A DNA stretch of 64,000 bases. It comes from Gemmatimonadaceae bacterium (GTDB lineage Bacteria > Gemmatimonadota > Gemmatimonadetes > Gemmatimonadales > Gemmatimonadaceae). The stretch is taken from positions 960,001 through 1,024,000 of the forward strand of contig JBHYGA010000001.1 of assembly GCA_051859245.1 (NCBI GenBank), given 5' to 3'. Positions 31,029 through 40,885 of the stretch are shown here, piece after piece. Position 1 is the stretch's first letter. Every line of letters begins with the position of its first letter. Both the position numbers and the translations under genes were made by a program. Below the pieces are notes generated by a model, which was given only the letters and a program-made list of their open reading frames with translations, was not told the DNA's origin and did not search any database.

Positions 31029-31975
31029 TCGTATACCTCACGGTAGCGTCGCAGCACAACGCCGCTCACCATGTTCACCAGCAGCGTGACAAAAAAGAGT
31101 GTGAGACCGACAGCGAAAATCGTGCGATACTCCACAGTGCCGTGCGGCAACTCACCCATACTGGTCTGCGCAATGTAGGCCGTCATGGTTTGCACGCTGC
31201 GCAGCGGGTTCAATGTCATCTGCGGCGTGGCGCCAGCCGCGATGGTGACGATCATTGTTTCGCCGATCGCACGTGAGATGGCCAGAAGAAACGATGCGAT
31301 AATGCCGGACAGTGCGGCTGGCACCACGGTGCGCGTCGCCACTTCAAACCGCGTCGCACCCAGCGCGTACGCGCCCTCTCGAAGCGAACGAGGCACCGCG
31401 CTCATGGCGTCTTCCGAGAGCGACGACACGAGTGGCACAATCATGATGCCCATCACGATGCACGCGCTTGCAGCGTTAAAGATGTCGGCGTTCGGCCACA
31501 CCGTGCGCAGCAATGGCGTGACATAAAGCAACGCGAAGTATCCGTACACCACTGTGGGAATACCGGCCAACACTTCGAGCACGGGTTTGAGCACCCGTCG
31601 CACACCATCCTGCGCGTACTCGCTGAGATAAATGGCACTCGCCAGTCCGATCGGAAGCGCCACCAGCGCGGCACCGCTCGCCACGAGCAGTGAGCCCATG
31701 AGAAGCGGCAGTACACCAAAACTCTTGCTCTCAAAGAGCGGTGTCCAGCGTGTGCCCGTCAGAAACTCCCACACCGACACTTCAGCAAAAAAGCCGATCG
31801 ACTCGAACACCAGCACCGCGACAATTCCAACCGTGGTGAGAATCGAGACGGCGCTGGCACCAATCAGCAGCACGCCAATCCGACGTTCGTTCGAATGCCG
31901 ACGTTCCAGACCGATCTCGCCCCACGACCGCGCGTCATGCGCTGGCGTAGGCAACGGAGCGCGAGGCGCGGTCAC
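31025..31975 (-). CDS. pstC: Phosphate ABC transporter permease
   Basis: [20 protein letters not shown]; position in the pst operon. Confidence 0.93.
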   Translation of the reverse strand: MTAPRAPLPTPAHDARSWGEIGLERRHSNERRIGVLLIGASAVSILTTVGIVAVLVFESIGFFAEVSVWEFLTGTRWTPLFESKSFGVLPLLMGSLLVASGAALVALPIGLASAIYLSEYAQDGVRRVLKPVLEVLAGIPTVVYGYFALLYVTPLLRTVWPNADIFNAASACIVMGIMIVPLVSSLSEDAMSAVPRSLREGAYALGATRFEVATRTVVPAALSGIIASFLLAISRAIGETMIVTIAAGATPQMTLNPLRSVQTMTAYIAQTSMGELPHGTVEYRTIFAVGLTLFFVTLLVNMVSGVVLRRYREVYE

Positions 31976-32943
31976 GGCGCCGCCGAGACGGCGACCGCAG
32001 TCGTATCGAACTGCGCGAGCGTCTTGAGATGCGTGTTGTACACCTCGGCGCCCAGCGGGATGTATCCGGTCTCCGGCACGTACTCAAGCGAGTGTTCCAG
32101 ATAGAATCGCACGAAGTCGCGCACCACTGAACGGTTCATGGACTTACGGCTGACATAAATGAGCAGGGGACGCGCCAGCGGCGAATAGGTGCCCGCCTGA
32201 ATTGTTTCCGGCGTGGGCTGTACGCAGCCAGTACCAGGATCCACGGCGACACTCTTCAGGCGCGTTTTGTTTTCGGCGTAGTACGCGTAGCCAAAGAAGC
32301 CGAGTGCATTGCGATCACCTTCCACGCCTTGCACCAATACGTTGTCGTCTTCACTCGCCGAAAAATCGTCGCGAATGGCGCCAACGCGGCCCATGATGGC
32401 CTCGGTGAAATAATCAAACGTTCCGGAGTTCGTGCCCGCGCCGTACAGCTTGATCGGTTCGTTCGGCCACTCGGCGCGCACCTGCGACCAGCTGCTCACC
32501 GTGCTACCGGGCTTCCAGATCTGCTCCAGCTCGGCCACCGTCAGACACTCAACAAAGGTGTTGCCGGGATTGACCGCCACGGTCAGTCCATCAATCGCAA
32601 TGTTGAACTCGACGTACTCGACGCCGTTTTTTTCGCACAGTTCCCGTTCGCTCTTCTTGATGGGGCGCGATGCATTGCTGATGTCGCGCTCGCCCGCGCA
32701 AAACGCCTTAAAGCCACCGCCGGTACCCGATGTCGCAATGGTGACGTTCACCTTCTCCGTGCTCGCGATCCCGAATTCTTCGGCCATCGCCTCGGTAATG
32801 GGGTACACGGTGCTGGAACCGTCTACCGACACCGTGTAGCTGGCCGAGCCCGGGCCGCAGGCAACAAGCGTCGCTGCGGAGAGGACACACGCGACCGCGA
32901 GTCGAGTCGCGGCCATCGATTGTCGAGCGGAGCGGAAATTCAT
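31972..32943 (-). CDS. pstS: Phosphate-binding lipoprotein (GSST type)
   Basis: Lipobox [37 protein letters not shown]. Confidence 0.93.
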   Translation of the reverse strand: MNFRSARQSMAATRLAVACVLSAATLVACGPGSASYTVSVDGSSTVYPITEAMAEEFGIASTEKVNVTIATSGTGGGFKAFCAGERDISNASRPIKKSERELCEKNGVEYVEFNIAIDGLTVAVNPGNTFVECLTVAELEQIWKPGSTVSSWSQVRAEWPNEPIKLYGAGTNSGTFDYFTEAIMGRVGAIRDDFSASEDDNVLVQGVEGDRNALGFFGYAYYAENKTRLKSVAVDPGTGCVQPTPETIQAGTYSPLARPLLIYVSRKSMNRSVVRDFVRFYLEHSLEYVPETGYIPLGAEVYNTHLKTLAQFDTTAVAVSAAP

Positions 32944-33048
32944 GAGAGATCAAAAGATTCCTGTTGAGCGCACGGGCTCCACGCCCGTTGGCTCACACAA
33001 GCCAATCCACAAATATCGCCGCCCCGTACCCCGTCGGCCGATTGCTCA

Positions 33049-33065
33049 TGTAACGAACCGGTAAT
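33049..33065. promoter_or_regulatory. Pho-box-like direct repeat between divergent pstS and ppk1
   Basis: TGTAAC-GAACC-GGTAAT with 11 nt period; 14/17 identical to the site at 44696. Confidence 0.6.
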
Positions 33066-33301
33066 CTCTCCTCGGCAGGGTACATCCCACCAGCCTGAAT
33101 GCGCGCAATTACCACAACTTTCCGACTCGGAGAACATCGGGTCCGTTTGCTGCCGAACGGTTTGTGCGTCCTTTCGATGCGCAGGCTCGACGCCGCGGGC
33201 TTCGACGGTGGTGACGGCCGCGCTATATCTAGCATGCGCCGGCGAGTCACACGACACGCAATCGCGAGGCGACGACCCACTTGGAGAGCACGGACACCAG
33301 C

Positions 33302-35476
33302 ATGATGCCCTATCTCAATCGCGAGCTCAGCTGGCTGGATTTCAACGGTCGGGTGCTGGCCGAGGCTGCTGATTCCCGCGTGCCGCTTCTGGAACGGCTG
33401 AAGTTTCTCGCGATCTTCAGTATGAATCTCGACGAGTTCTATATGGTGCGCGTGGCGGGCCTGCGACGCCGAGTGGCCGCCGGTGCCGGTGTGGAGCCTC
33501 CGGATGCCATGCCGCCGGTCGAGCAGCTCCTGGCCATTAACCAACGCGTGGCGGACCTGCTGGACCAGCGCCGTACACTCTTGCGCGATGAGTTGCTGCC
33601 GGCGCTCTCCCAGCATGGCATCCGCGTCGTCGGGATGAATGATCTGACCGCGTCGGAATGGTCACTCGTGGACCGGTTCTTCGAATCGCAGGTCTTCCCG
33701 GTACTGACGCCCTTGGCCGTCGATCCGGGGCACCCGTTTCCGTACATCTCCAATTTGTCGCTCTCGCTGGCCGTGCAGGTGCGCGATCCGGTCACCGGCG
33801 CCGAGCATTTTGCGCGCGTGAAAGTGCCGCGGTCCTTGTCGCGCTGGGTGCCGATCGGTCGCAAGCACCATTTTGTGCCGCTCGAAGAGGTGATTGGCGC
33901 CAATCTCGGCACACTGTTTCCCGGGATGGAAGTGGTCGGATGGCACACCTTCCGCATCACGCGCTACTCCGATCTTGACCTCGGTCAAATGGAGCAGCCT
34001 GAGGATTTGCTGGCCAGCATTGAGCAGCAGGTGTTTCAGCGTCGGTTCGGCGAAGTGGTGCGACTTGAAGTACAACGCGGCATGCCAGACGATATCCGCG
34101 AGCTGCTGCTGGAAGAGTTGGGCGCAGGTGAGCAGCAGGAGATCGCGCCGCTCACCGTGGAAGACGTGGATATGACGGATGAGTTGCTCGAGCTTGGCGA
34201 CTTCATGACGTTCGCTTCGCTTGATGTGCCGGAACTGCGCGACCCGCCATTCTCACCGCGCGTGCCAGACAAGTTGCGCGATGGACGCTCCATCTTTGAT
34301 GTCATTCGGGAACGCGATGTGCTCGTGCATCATCCGTTCGAGTCGTTCAGTGCCTCGGTCGAGCACTTCCTTGAGTCGGCGGCCGCCGATCCTCAGGTGC
34401 TGGCCATCAAGCTCACGCTCTATCGAACGAGCGGTGACACGGCCATTGTCCGCGCGCTCACGGAAGCGGCACAGCGCGGCAAGCAGGTGGCCGTGTTGAT
34501 CGAACTGCAAGCGCGATTTGATGAGCAGAACAACATCGCCTGGGCGCGCACGCTCGAAAGTTACGGCATTCACGTGGCGTACGGATTACCGGGGTTGAAG
34601 ACGCACGCCAAGACCGTTCTGGTTGTACGACGGGACGCCGACGGCATCCGTCGCTACGTGCACATCGGCACCGGCAACTACAACTCCAAGACGGCGCGCT
34701 TGTACACGGATATCGGGCTGCTCACTTGCAGTCCGTCAATTGGCGCCGATCTGAGTGACCTCTTCAACTCGCTCACCGGCGTCAGTCGTCAGAAGTTCTA
34801 TCGCAAGCTGCTTGTGGCGCCGGCAAACTTGCGCGAACGGACCGTGGAGTTGATCGCGCGTGAAGCGGAGCACGCACGCGCTGGCCGCGGTGGCCGCATC
34901 ATCGCAAAGATGAATGCGCTGGTTGATGCCGGAATTATTGCGTCGCTCTACAGCGCGTCGCAGGCTGGTGTGCAAATCGATCTGATCATTCGCGGCATTT
35001 GCTGCTTGCGTCCGGGCATCAAGGGACTGAGCGAGAATATTCGCGTGCGATCCATCATTGGTCGGTTTCTTGAACACTCGCGCGTGCTGCACGTGGCCAA
35101 CGACGGCCAGCCGGAGTACTACATCGGTTCGGCCGACTGGATGCCGCGTAACCTTGATCGTCGCGTTGAAGTGATGGTGCCAATCGAAGAGCCGTTGTTG
35201 CACCGACAGATTCGCGGCGTGCTCGATGTGTGTCTGCGCGACAATCGCCAGGCCTGGGAGCTGCAGGCCGATGGGACCTATGCGCGTCTGTTCCCCGGTG
35301 GAGAAGCGGAGCGGTCAACGCAGCTACATCTCATGCGCGATCCGTGGGGACTCGATGGTGACGGCAGCGACTCCGAAGTTCACATTCCGGACAGTGAACC
35401 GTCGGCTACCGTGCCGGACGGCGGGCGACTCGGTCGCAAGAGCGGAAAACGGAGCAAGTCCTCGAAGCGGGGGTGA
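33302..35476 (+). CDS. ppk1: Polyphosphate kinase 1 (alternative TTG start at 33281)
   Basis: YLNRELSWLDFN.RVL, HPFP, HHPFESF, TLYRT, ARFDE, KTHAK, GTGNYN, GRFLEHSR, SADWM.RN. Confidence 0.97.
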   Translation: MMPYLNRELSWLDFNGRVLAEAADSRVPLLERLKFLAIFSMNLDEFYMVRVAGLRRRVAAGAGVEPPDAMPPVEQLLAINQRVADLLDQRRTLLRDELLPALSQHGIRVVGMNDLTASEWSLVDRFFESQVFPVLTPLAVDPGHPFPYISNLSLSLAVQVRDPVTGAEHFARVKVPRSLSRWVPIGRKHHFVPLEEVIGANLGTLFPGMEVVGWHTFRITRYSDLDLGQMEQPEDLLASIEQQVFQRRFGEVVRLEVQRGMPDDIRELLLEELGAGEQQEIAPLTVEDVDMTDELLELGDFMTFASLDVPELRDPPFSPRVPDKLRDGRSIFDVIRERDVLVHHPFESFSASVEHFLESAAADPQVLAIKLTLYRTSGDTAIVRALTEAAQRGKQVAVLIELQARFDEQNNIAWARTLESYGIHVAYGLPGLKTHAKTVLVVRRDADGIRRYVHIGTGNYNSKTARLYTDIGLLTCSPSIGADLSDLFNSLTGVSRQKFYRKLLVAPANLRERTVELIAREAEHARAGRGGRIIAKMNALVDAGIIASLYSASQAGVQIDLIIRGICCLRPGIKGLSENIRVRSIIGRFLEHSRVLHVANDGQPEYYIGSADWMPRNLDRRVEVMVPIEEPLLHRQIRGVLDVCLRDNRQAWELQADGTYARLFPGGEAERSTQLHLMRDPWGLDGDGSDSEVHIPDSEPSATVPDGGRLGRKSGKRSKSSKRG

Positions 35477-37060
35477 CTACTCCCCTTCGTCGGCCGACGT
35501 GACCACCACGGTACCATCCGGCGCGACGACTTCGATGGGGTGACCGGCGACCAGCTCCAGCAACTGTCGCTTGCGACTCGCGCCCCACAGCTCGAGTCGC
35601 ACGGTCAGTGCACCCTCGGTTGGGACCGCCTTCACACGAATCGCGCGCTCCGTCCATCGCACTTCGAGATGGTCAACCGCACCCACGTGGCCGCGATCAA
35701 ACCCATCGGCAAAGCGGAGAATCGCCGACAGCTTGACGATGCGATTGCGAAGCACACGATCAAGCTGCGCAAACGCCCGATGCTTTCGCTTGGGCGTGGC
35801 TCCGCGATGGTAACGCGCCACATGCGCAATCGCGATCTGCTCCGCCGGTGTCATGCCCAGCAGTTCGGCGTGTGAAATCAGATGGTACGAATGCTTGTGG
35901 TGATTCTCGTAGTTGATGTGGTAACCCACATCGTGCAGCAGGGCCGCGTCGGCGAGAATCTGCCGATCCACGGCGTTAAGTCGCAGGCGCGGCGCCAGTT
36001 TGTCGAACAACTGAAGGGCGAGCTTGCGCACCTGTTTGGAATGCGGCACTTCGTAGTGACAGCGCTCCGCAAACTCGCGCACCGAGCGTTCACGTGCGTC
36101 GCCCGGATCGGCGATCACCGGCTGCACACGCGCGGATTCAAGCAGCAGTCCTTCCCGAATTCCGTACCCCGACACGAGCAGATCGCGCGGATCGAATCGC
36201 GCCAACACTTCGGCCGCCACGCTGAGACCAGCCACGATGATGTCGGCACGCGCCGGATTCAGTCCCGGCACGGTGGCGCGCTCTTCCGGCGACAACCGCT
36301 GCAGCCAGTCGAGCACATGCTCCAGTTCAACACGCGTAATGCGTGTGCCGTGCGTCGAGCGCGCCGTCACACCGGCCCGCTGCAACACAATGCCGGCAAG
36401 ATTGGTAAACGTGCCGCCGGATCCGATGACCTGTGCACCGCGCCAGTCCTTGACCGGCATGGCTTTGCGTAAGCCATCGCGCACGTGGTCACGCAATGCA
36501 CGCACCGCACGCGGACGTACGTCCGGTGTGAGAAAACGCTCCGTCAGTCGAACCGCGCCAAACGGTAACGATGCCACGCGCTCGATCAAACCATCTTTGG
36601 CAAGCACGAGTTCGAGCGAGCCGCCGCCGATGTCCATGACAAGCGAGCGACCTGAGCCAAGCTCAAAATGTCCGAGCGCACTCCGAAAGCAGAGCAGCGC
36701 CTCTTCTTCACCAGAGAGCACCCGCACCGCAATGCCAGTGTCTTCAAGCACCCGATTGGTAAACTCGGCCGCATTCGACGCGTCGCGAACGGCACTGGTG
36801 GCCACGATTTCAATGCGTTCGGCACTGAGCTGACGCGCCAGCGTGACCATGCGCTGCACCGACGACACACCAATGTCGATGGCCGCGCTGCTCAACGCTC
36901 CCGTTGCCTCAAGCCCTTCGCCCAGTCGTGGCATGGCCTTCATTTCGTCGACCACCCGAATCTGACCGGTGGGCGAGACGTCGGCCACGATTTGTCGGAT
37001 GGAGTTCGACCCGATGTCGATAGCGGCAATGCGTTGGTGCGGCGCGACGGGTTCAGTCAT
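35477..37060 (-). CDS. ppx: Exopolyphosphatase Ppx/GppA with HD domain
   Basis: IDIGSNS, ATSAVRDA, DIGGGSLE, GIREG, LLHDVG. Confidence 0.93.
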   Translation of the reverse strand: MTEPVAPHQRIAAIDIGSNSIRQIVADVSPTGQIRVVDEMKAMPRLGEGLEATGALSSAAIDIGVSSVQRMVTLARQLSAERIEIVATSAVRDASNAAEFTNRVLEDTGIAVRVLSGEEEALLCFRSALGHFELGSGRSLVMDIGGGSLELVLAKDGLIERVASLPFGAVRLTERFLTPDVRPRAVRALRDHVRDGLRKAMPVKDWRGAQVIGSGGTFTNLAGIVLQRAGVTARSTHGTRITRVELEHVLDWLQRLSPEERATVPGLNPARADIIVAGLSVAAEVLARFDPRDLLVSGYGIREGLLLESARVQPVIADPGDARERSVREFAERCHYEVPHSKQVRKLALQLFDKLAPRLRLNAVDRQILADAALLHDVGYHINYENHHKHSYHLISHAELLGMTPAEQIAIAHVARYHRGATPKRKHRAFAQLDRVLRNRIVKLSAILRFADGFDRGHVGAVDHLEVRWTERAIRVKAVPTEGALTVRLELWGASRKRQLLELVAGHPIEVVAPDGTVVVTSADEGE

Positions 37061-38949
37061 GCATGCAAAGCTAGCGCACCGGGGGAGGGGGGAGGAGCAC
37101 CCGCGTCACCACCAGGCGTATCACTCTTCGCCACATCCGACTCGCCCACCAGTGCCTGCCACGGCAGCCCCCAGGTGCGCGTGCTGGCACGTGCCACCCG
37201 CGCAAGCGGACCCGCTTCTTGATCAGCGCGCGCCCGCAGTAGCGGATGCTGCACGTTCGTCTGTGACAAAAGTCCGTTCACCACCCAGCCGTACGGTGTG
37301 ATTCCGGCGCGCGCGAGATCTTCCACCAACCGTTCCGCCTCGGCCACCGGAGTAAACTCTGCAAGCGTGACCACCAGAACACGCGTAAACGCCGGGTCGC
37401 GAAGTCGCGGCAGCAACGCGGCGACCTCGGGAGGCACCGCGCCCGTGCTTTTGGCCACCTCGCGATGATACGCCTGGGCCGCATCGAGCAACAGAATCGT
37501 GTGCCCGGTAGGCGCCGTATCAAGTACGACAAACGCATTCTGCGCGTCGGCGAGTATGCGTGCGAAGGCGCGAAACACGGCGATCTCTTCGGTACACGGC
37601 GAACGCAGATCTTCCGCGAGCAGCTCACGTTCGTGTGCGTCGAGTGGACCAGCGGCGCGCATGACTTCATCCGTATACGCGGCGATCTCTGCGGCCGCAT
37701 CGATGCGCGATACGCGCAGTGCGGGAGACGAGTTTGCAAACGCAAAATCCACACCCGCAGGATCGGTGGTCGACAAGTGTACCGGCAAACCGCGTTCCGC
37801 GAGCGCGAGTGCAATGCGACGCGCGACGGTTGTTTTCCCCACACCACCTTTGCCCATGGTGAGAATCGCACCGTGCGATTCGCACGCGAGTGACGCGATC
37901 AAATCGTCAAACGAGGCGAGTGAGGCGTGTGCTGGGTCCGGTGCCTCGAGCGCTGGTCCGACTGTTGCGTGATCCTGCCCACTCGTCGCCGCATCAATCG
38001 CCGCGTCAATCGATTCACCCGACGCGAGTGCTCGCAGCGCGTCGAGTCCCGTCAGATCGCCAGTCAGCATTGGAACGGTGAGGCGCGGCAACGTGGCGAT
38101 GTCCGCAGGCATCTGTTCGAGTGCGCTACGCTGCCGAGCGTACCACGCGCGTGTGACCGCGTCGACTTCGGTTGCATCCACGCTCTTTCCGTTCGCATCG
38201 CTTCGCTCCGGCAACACCGCATTCAGCACGAGTCGCTGGTGCGCCAACCCGATGGCGCGCAGTTCAACGCTGGCACGCGCCGCCTCGAGCAGTGGCGCGT
38301 GGTCGGCGCGCGATACAATCACCACGGTGGTTAGCGCGCCATCAGACAGTGCCCGCACCGCCTCCGCATATCGTGCGCGTTGTTGTTCAAGTCCGGCGAG
38401 TGGTCCAAGACAGCTTGCGCCATTCTCCGCCGATCCAAGAAATCCAGTCCACGCTGCGGGCAGCGCGAGCAATCGCAGTGTGTGTCCGGTGGGCGCGGTG
38501 TCGAACACCACGCGATCAAACTGCGCGAGCAGGGCGGGATCGGTGAGCAATGCAGTGAACTCATCAAACGCCGCGATCTCCACCGTGCATGCGCCGGAGA
38601 GCTGTTCTTCCATTTGCTGCAGCGCCGATGCCGGCAACACGCCGCGATAGGGTGTCACGATGCGTTCGCGGTACGCGGCGGCGGCGGCCACTGGATCGAT
38701 GTCCAGCAAGCTCAGCGCGGGAAGCCCTGCGAGCGGGGTCGGGACCGACTTGTCGACGCGGCCGAACAGATCGCCGAGGTTCGACGCGGGGTCCGTGCTG
38801 ACCAGCAGCGTGCGTTCACCGCGTTCTGCGAGCGCTACGGCTATCGCACAGGCGGTGGTGGTTTTGCCAACGCCCCCCTTGCCGGTGAAAAACGAAAAGC
38901 GCGTGGTGAGTTCGAGTCGAGTGGCGAAATCGCCGAGGGCGGAGTTCAC
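37057..38949 (-). CDS. arsA: Arsenite-stimulated ATPase ArsA (two nucleotide-binding domains)
   Basis: Two GKGGVGKT and two DTAPTGHT motifs; metalloid cysteines in SGACT, SCLGP and SPCTEE. Confidence 0.95.
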   Translation of the reverse strand: MNSALGDFATRLELTTRFSFFTGKGGVGKTTTACAIAVALAERGERTLLVSTDPASNLGDLFGRVDKSVPTPLAGLPALSLLDIDPVAAAAAYRERIVTPYRGVLPASALQQMEEQLSGACTVEIAAFDEFTALLTDPALLAQFDRVVFDTAPTGHTLRLLALPAAWTGFLGSAENGASCLGPLAGLEQQRARYAEAVRALSDGALTTVVIVSRADHAPLLEAARASVELRAIGLAHQRLVLNAVLPERSDANGKSVDATEVDAVTRAWYARQRSALEQMPADIATLPRLTVPMLTGDLTGLDALRALASGESIDAAIDAATSGQDHATVGPALEAPDPAHASLASFDDLIASLACESHGAILTMGKGGVGKTTVARRIALALAERGLPVHLSTTDPAGVDFAFANSSPALRVSRIDAAAEIAAYTDEVMRAAGPLDAHERELLAEDLRSPCTEEIAVFRAFARILADAQNAFVVLDTAPTGHTILLLDAAQAYHREVAKSTGAVPPEVAALLPRLRDPAFTRVLVVTLAEFTPVAEAERLVEDLARAGITPYGWVVNGLLSQTNVQHPLLRARADQEAGPLARVARASTRTWGLPWQALVGESDVAKSDTPGGDAGAPPPSPGALALHA

Positions 38950-39362
38950 GCAATGACCTTGTGTTGTGCAGTGCCGAGTGCGTGAAGCAGCTCAGCGCGC
39001 GTGGCGTGCCGTCCGGTCACCAGGAGCGCGCCATTCACCCACGTGGCGGGCAAGGCCTCAACGCCGCCCTCCTGCAACAGCGTGCGGGCCGGAGCGAAGG
39101 CCACGAACGCGCCGGCATCGGTGCCCAGATTGTGGCGGACCACATCAACGCCCTGCGCGGCGAGCCATCGCAGATCTCGCGCTGCGTCAAGCAGCGACGT
39201 GTCGACGGCGGGTCCGCAGACGCCTGTTTCGCAACACATCGCCGGGTCGAACACGCGGACCGTTCCCTTGAGCATGCGCTCGGTGCCGACCGCGTCATCG
39301 GTGGCCGCGTTGGATGCGTTCGGGGCAGGATCGGACAGTTGCGGCAGTGATCGTGCGGCCAT
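38946..39362 (-). CDS. arsD: Arsenite metallochaperone ArsD
   Basis: FDPAMCCETGVCGP; GGAG ribosome-binding site before ATG 39362; stop overlaps the arsA start. Confidence 0.92.
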   Translation of the reverse strand: MAARSLPQLSDPAPNASNAATDDAVGTERMLKGTVRVFDPAMCCETGVCGPAVDTSLLDAARDLRWLAAQGVDVVRHNLGTDAGAFVAFAPARTLLQEGGVEALPATWVNGALLVTGRHATRAELLHALGTAQHKVIA

Positions 39363-39424
39363 GTTACGCTCCAGGAGTTGCATTGAACTTGCTTAGCGAT
39401 ATTATATCTGTATATGGAGAATAT

Positions 39425-39823
39425 ATGCGCTTAACCGAATATGCAACGCCCATTGACGCACAGACCGTCGCTGCCGACGCCGCCCAGTGTGCGGATCGAG
39501 CGGCTGGCCTCGCCGACCCCACGCGCGTGCGCATTCTCAACTTGCTCGCCACTGGCGAGCTTTGCGTGTGCGACTTGGTGTCGGTGCTCGAACTGCCGCA
39601 GCCGCTGGTCTCCCGCCATCTGGCGTATTTGCGGCGGAGCGGTTGGGTTGAGGCCACCCGCGGCCCACGATTGGCGCACTACCGGCTCTTGCCGGCTGCC
39701 GACGCGTCGCACGAGGCGCTGCTGGCCTGGATTCGCGACGCGCTTCCGTCCATGACGGGACTACAGGCGGAGCGCGAAGCCGGCGCGATTGCCTGCGAGG
39801 CGCGGCGGTCGAGTCCGTGCTGA
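39425..39823 (+). CDS. arsR: ArsR/SmtB repressor (cassette 1)
   Basis: LADPTRVRIL, ELCVCDL, QPLVSRHLAYLR; divergent from arsD across an AT-rich gap. Confidence 0.9.
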   Translation: MRLTEYATPIDAQTVAADAAQCADRAAGLADPTRVRILNLLATGELCVCDLVSVLELPQPLVSRHLAYLRRSGWVEATRGPRLAHYRLLPAADASHEALLAWIRDALPSMTGLQAEREAGAIACEARRSSPC

Positions 39824-39875
39824 GCGTTGCAAAGCTCCGTTCGTTTGCATCGCGCACACATTCAGCCCCAGGCGC

Positions 39876-40631
39876 ATGATCAGCGTTGTTCTGTTGTCCG
39901 ATGTGCACGCCAATATTGAAGCGCTCGACGCTGTGCTCGCTCACGCACGTGAACACGCACCGCACGCTGCGCGGTATCATCTGGGGGACCTGGTTGGCTA
40001 CTCAGCCAATCCCAACGAGGTCATCGCACGCGTTGACGCCGAACACATTGCGGGCGTTGCCGGCAACTACGATAGCACCGTCGCGCACGGCTACAAGCAT
40101 TGCGGCTGTCGTTCAGAAAATGCGCGGCAGGAAGCACTGGCGCATGAGAGTTATGCGTGGACGCTTGCGAATACGAGCCAGGAGAACAAAGCCCGACTCG
40201 CAGCCCTTCCGTTTCGCCTTGACGTGCGTCCACTCGGTGGACACACACCGGGTCCGCGTTTTGTGCTGCTGCATGCGCACAGCACAAGCAACCTGATTTA
40301 TGTGACCGAAGATCGCACCGATGATTTCCTGCGTAAACTCGGCGAGTCGGTGGATGCGAAGTCGGGCGATCTTGTCGCCTTCGGCCACACGCACAAGCCG
40401 TGGCATCGTGTGGTTGACGGCGTGCACTTTGTAAACACGGGGAGTGTTGGTCGGCCAAAGGATCACGATCCGCGCGCTGGTTATGTGCGCGTGGATGTGG
40501 CGGCCGATGGATCAATCGCCGTGCATGTCGTGCGCGTTGCGTACGATGTGGAGCAGGCTGCGGAGAAAGTGGTTGCGGCGGGGCTGCCAACGGAGTTCGC
40601 AGATTTTCTGCGGACGGGCGGGCGGGGGTAG
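39876..40631 (+). CDS. Calcineurin-like metallophosphoesterase associated with the ars cassette
   Basis: SDVHAN, LGDLVGY, GNYD, GHTH, NTGSVG; extra HCGC motif. Confidence 0.85.
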   Translation: MISVVLLSDVHANIEALDAVLAHAREHAPHAARYHLGDLVGYSANPNEVIARVDAEHIAGVAGNYDSTVAHGYKHCGCRSENARQEALAHESYAWTLANTSQENKARLAALPFRLDVRPLGGHTPGPRFVLLHAHSTSNLIYVTEDRTDDFLRKLGESVDAKSGDLVAFGHTHKPWHRVVDGVHFVNTGSVGRPKDHDPRAGYVRVDVAADGSIAVHVVRVAYDVEQAAEKVVAAGLPTEFADFLRTGGRG

Positions 40632-40635
40632 GAGT

Positions 40636-40885
40636 TGGTTGCGGTTCCCGATTCGGTCATTCGGCCCAGTAGCAGGAGCCCAGGGCCATCCGGCCATTCG
40701 GCCTCGCAGTTTCGTAGAGCGGCACAAAGCGATGATCTGCTTTCTCGCATCGCAATCTCTGGCGGGACCCCGAAAAGCGCAGCGCCGCTTATGAGTGCGG
40801 CCTTTCGAAACGATCGAGGCCGAAACGCCAAACGGCCTTGGGCTCCTGCTACTGGGCCGAATAACCGAATCGGGAACTGCAACTA
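40636..40885. repeat. Long palindromic element, copy 1 (REPIN/MITE-like, about 250 bp)
   Basis: Inverted arms of about 70 bp at 40636-40706 and 40815-40885; homologous to 47690-47922. Confidence 0.85.

Noticed and set aside
40636..40885. Hairpin elements as 6S RNA or as small protein genes
   Set aside because: Two copies with long, near-perfect arms are unlike 6S; the overlapping ORFs mirror each other because of the palindrome
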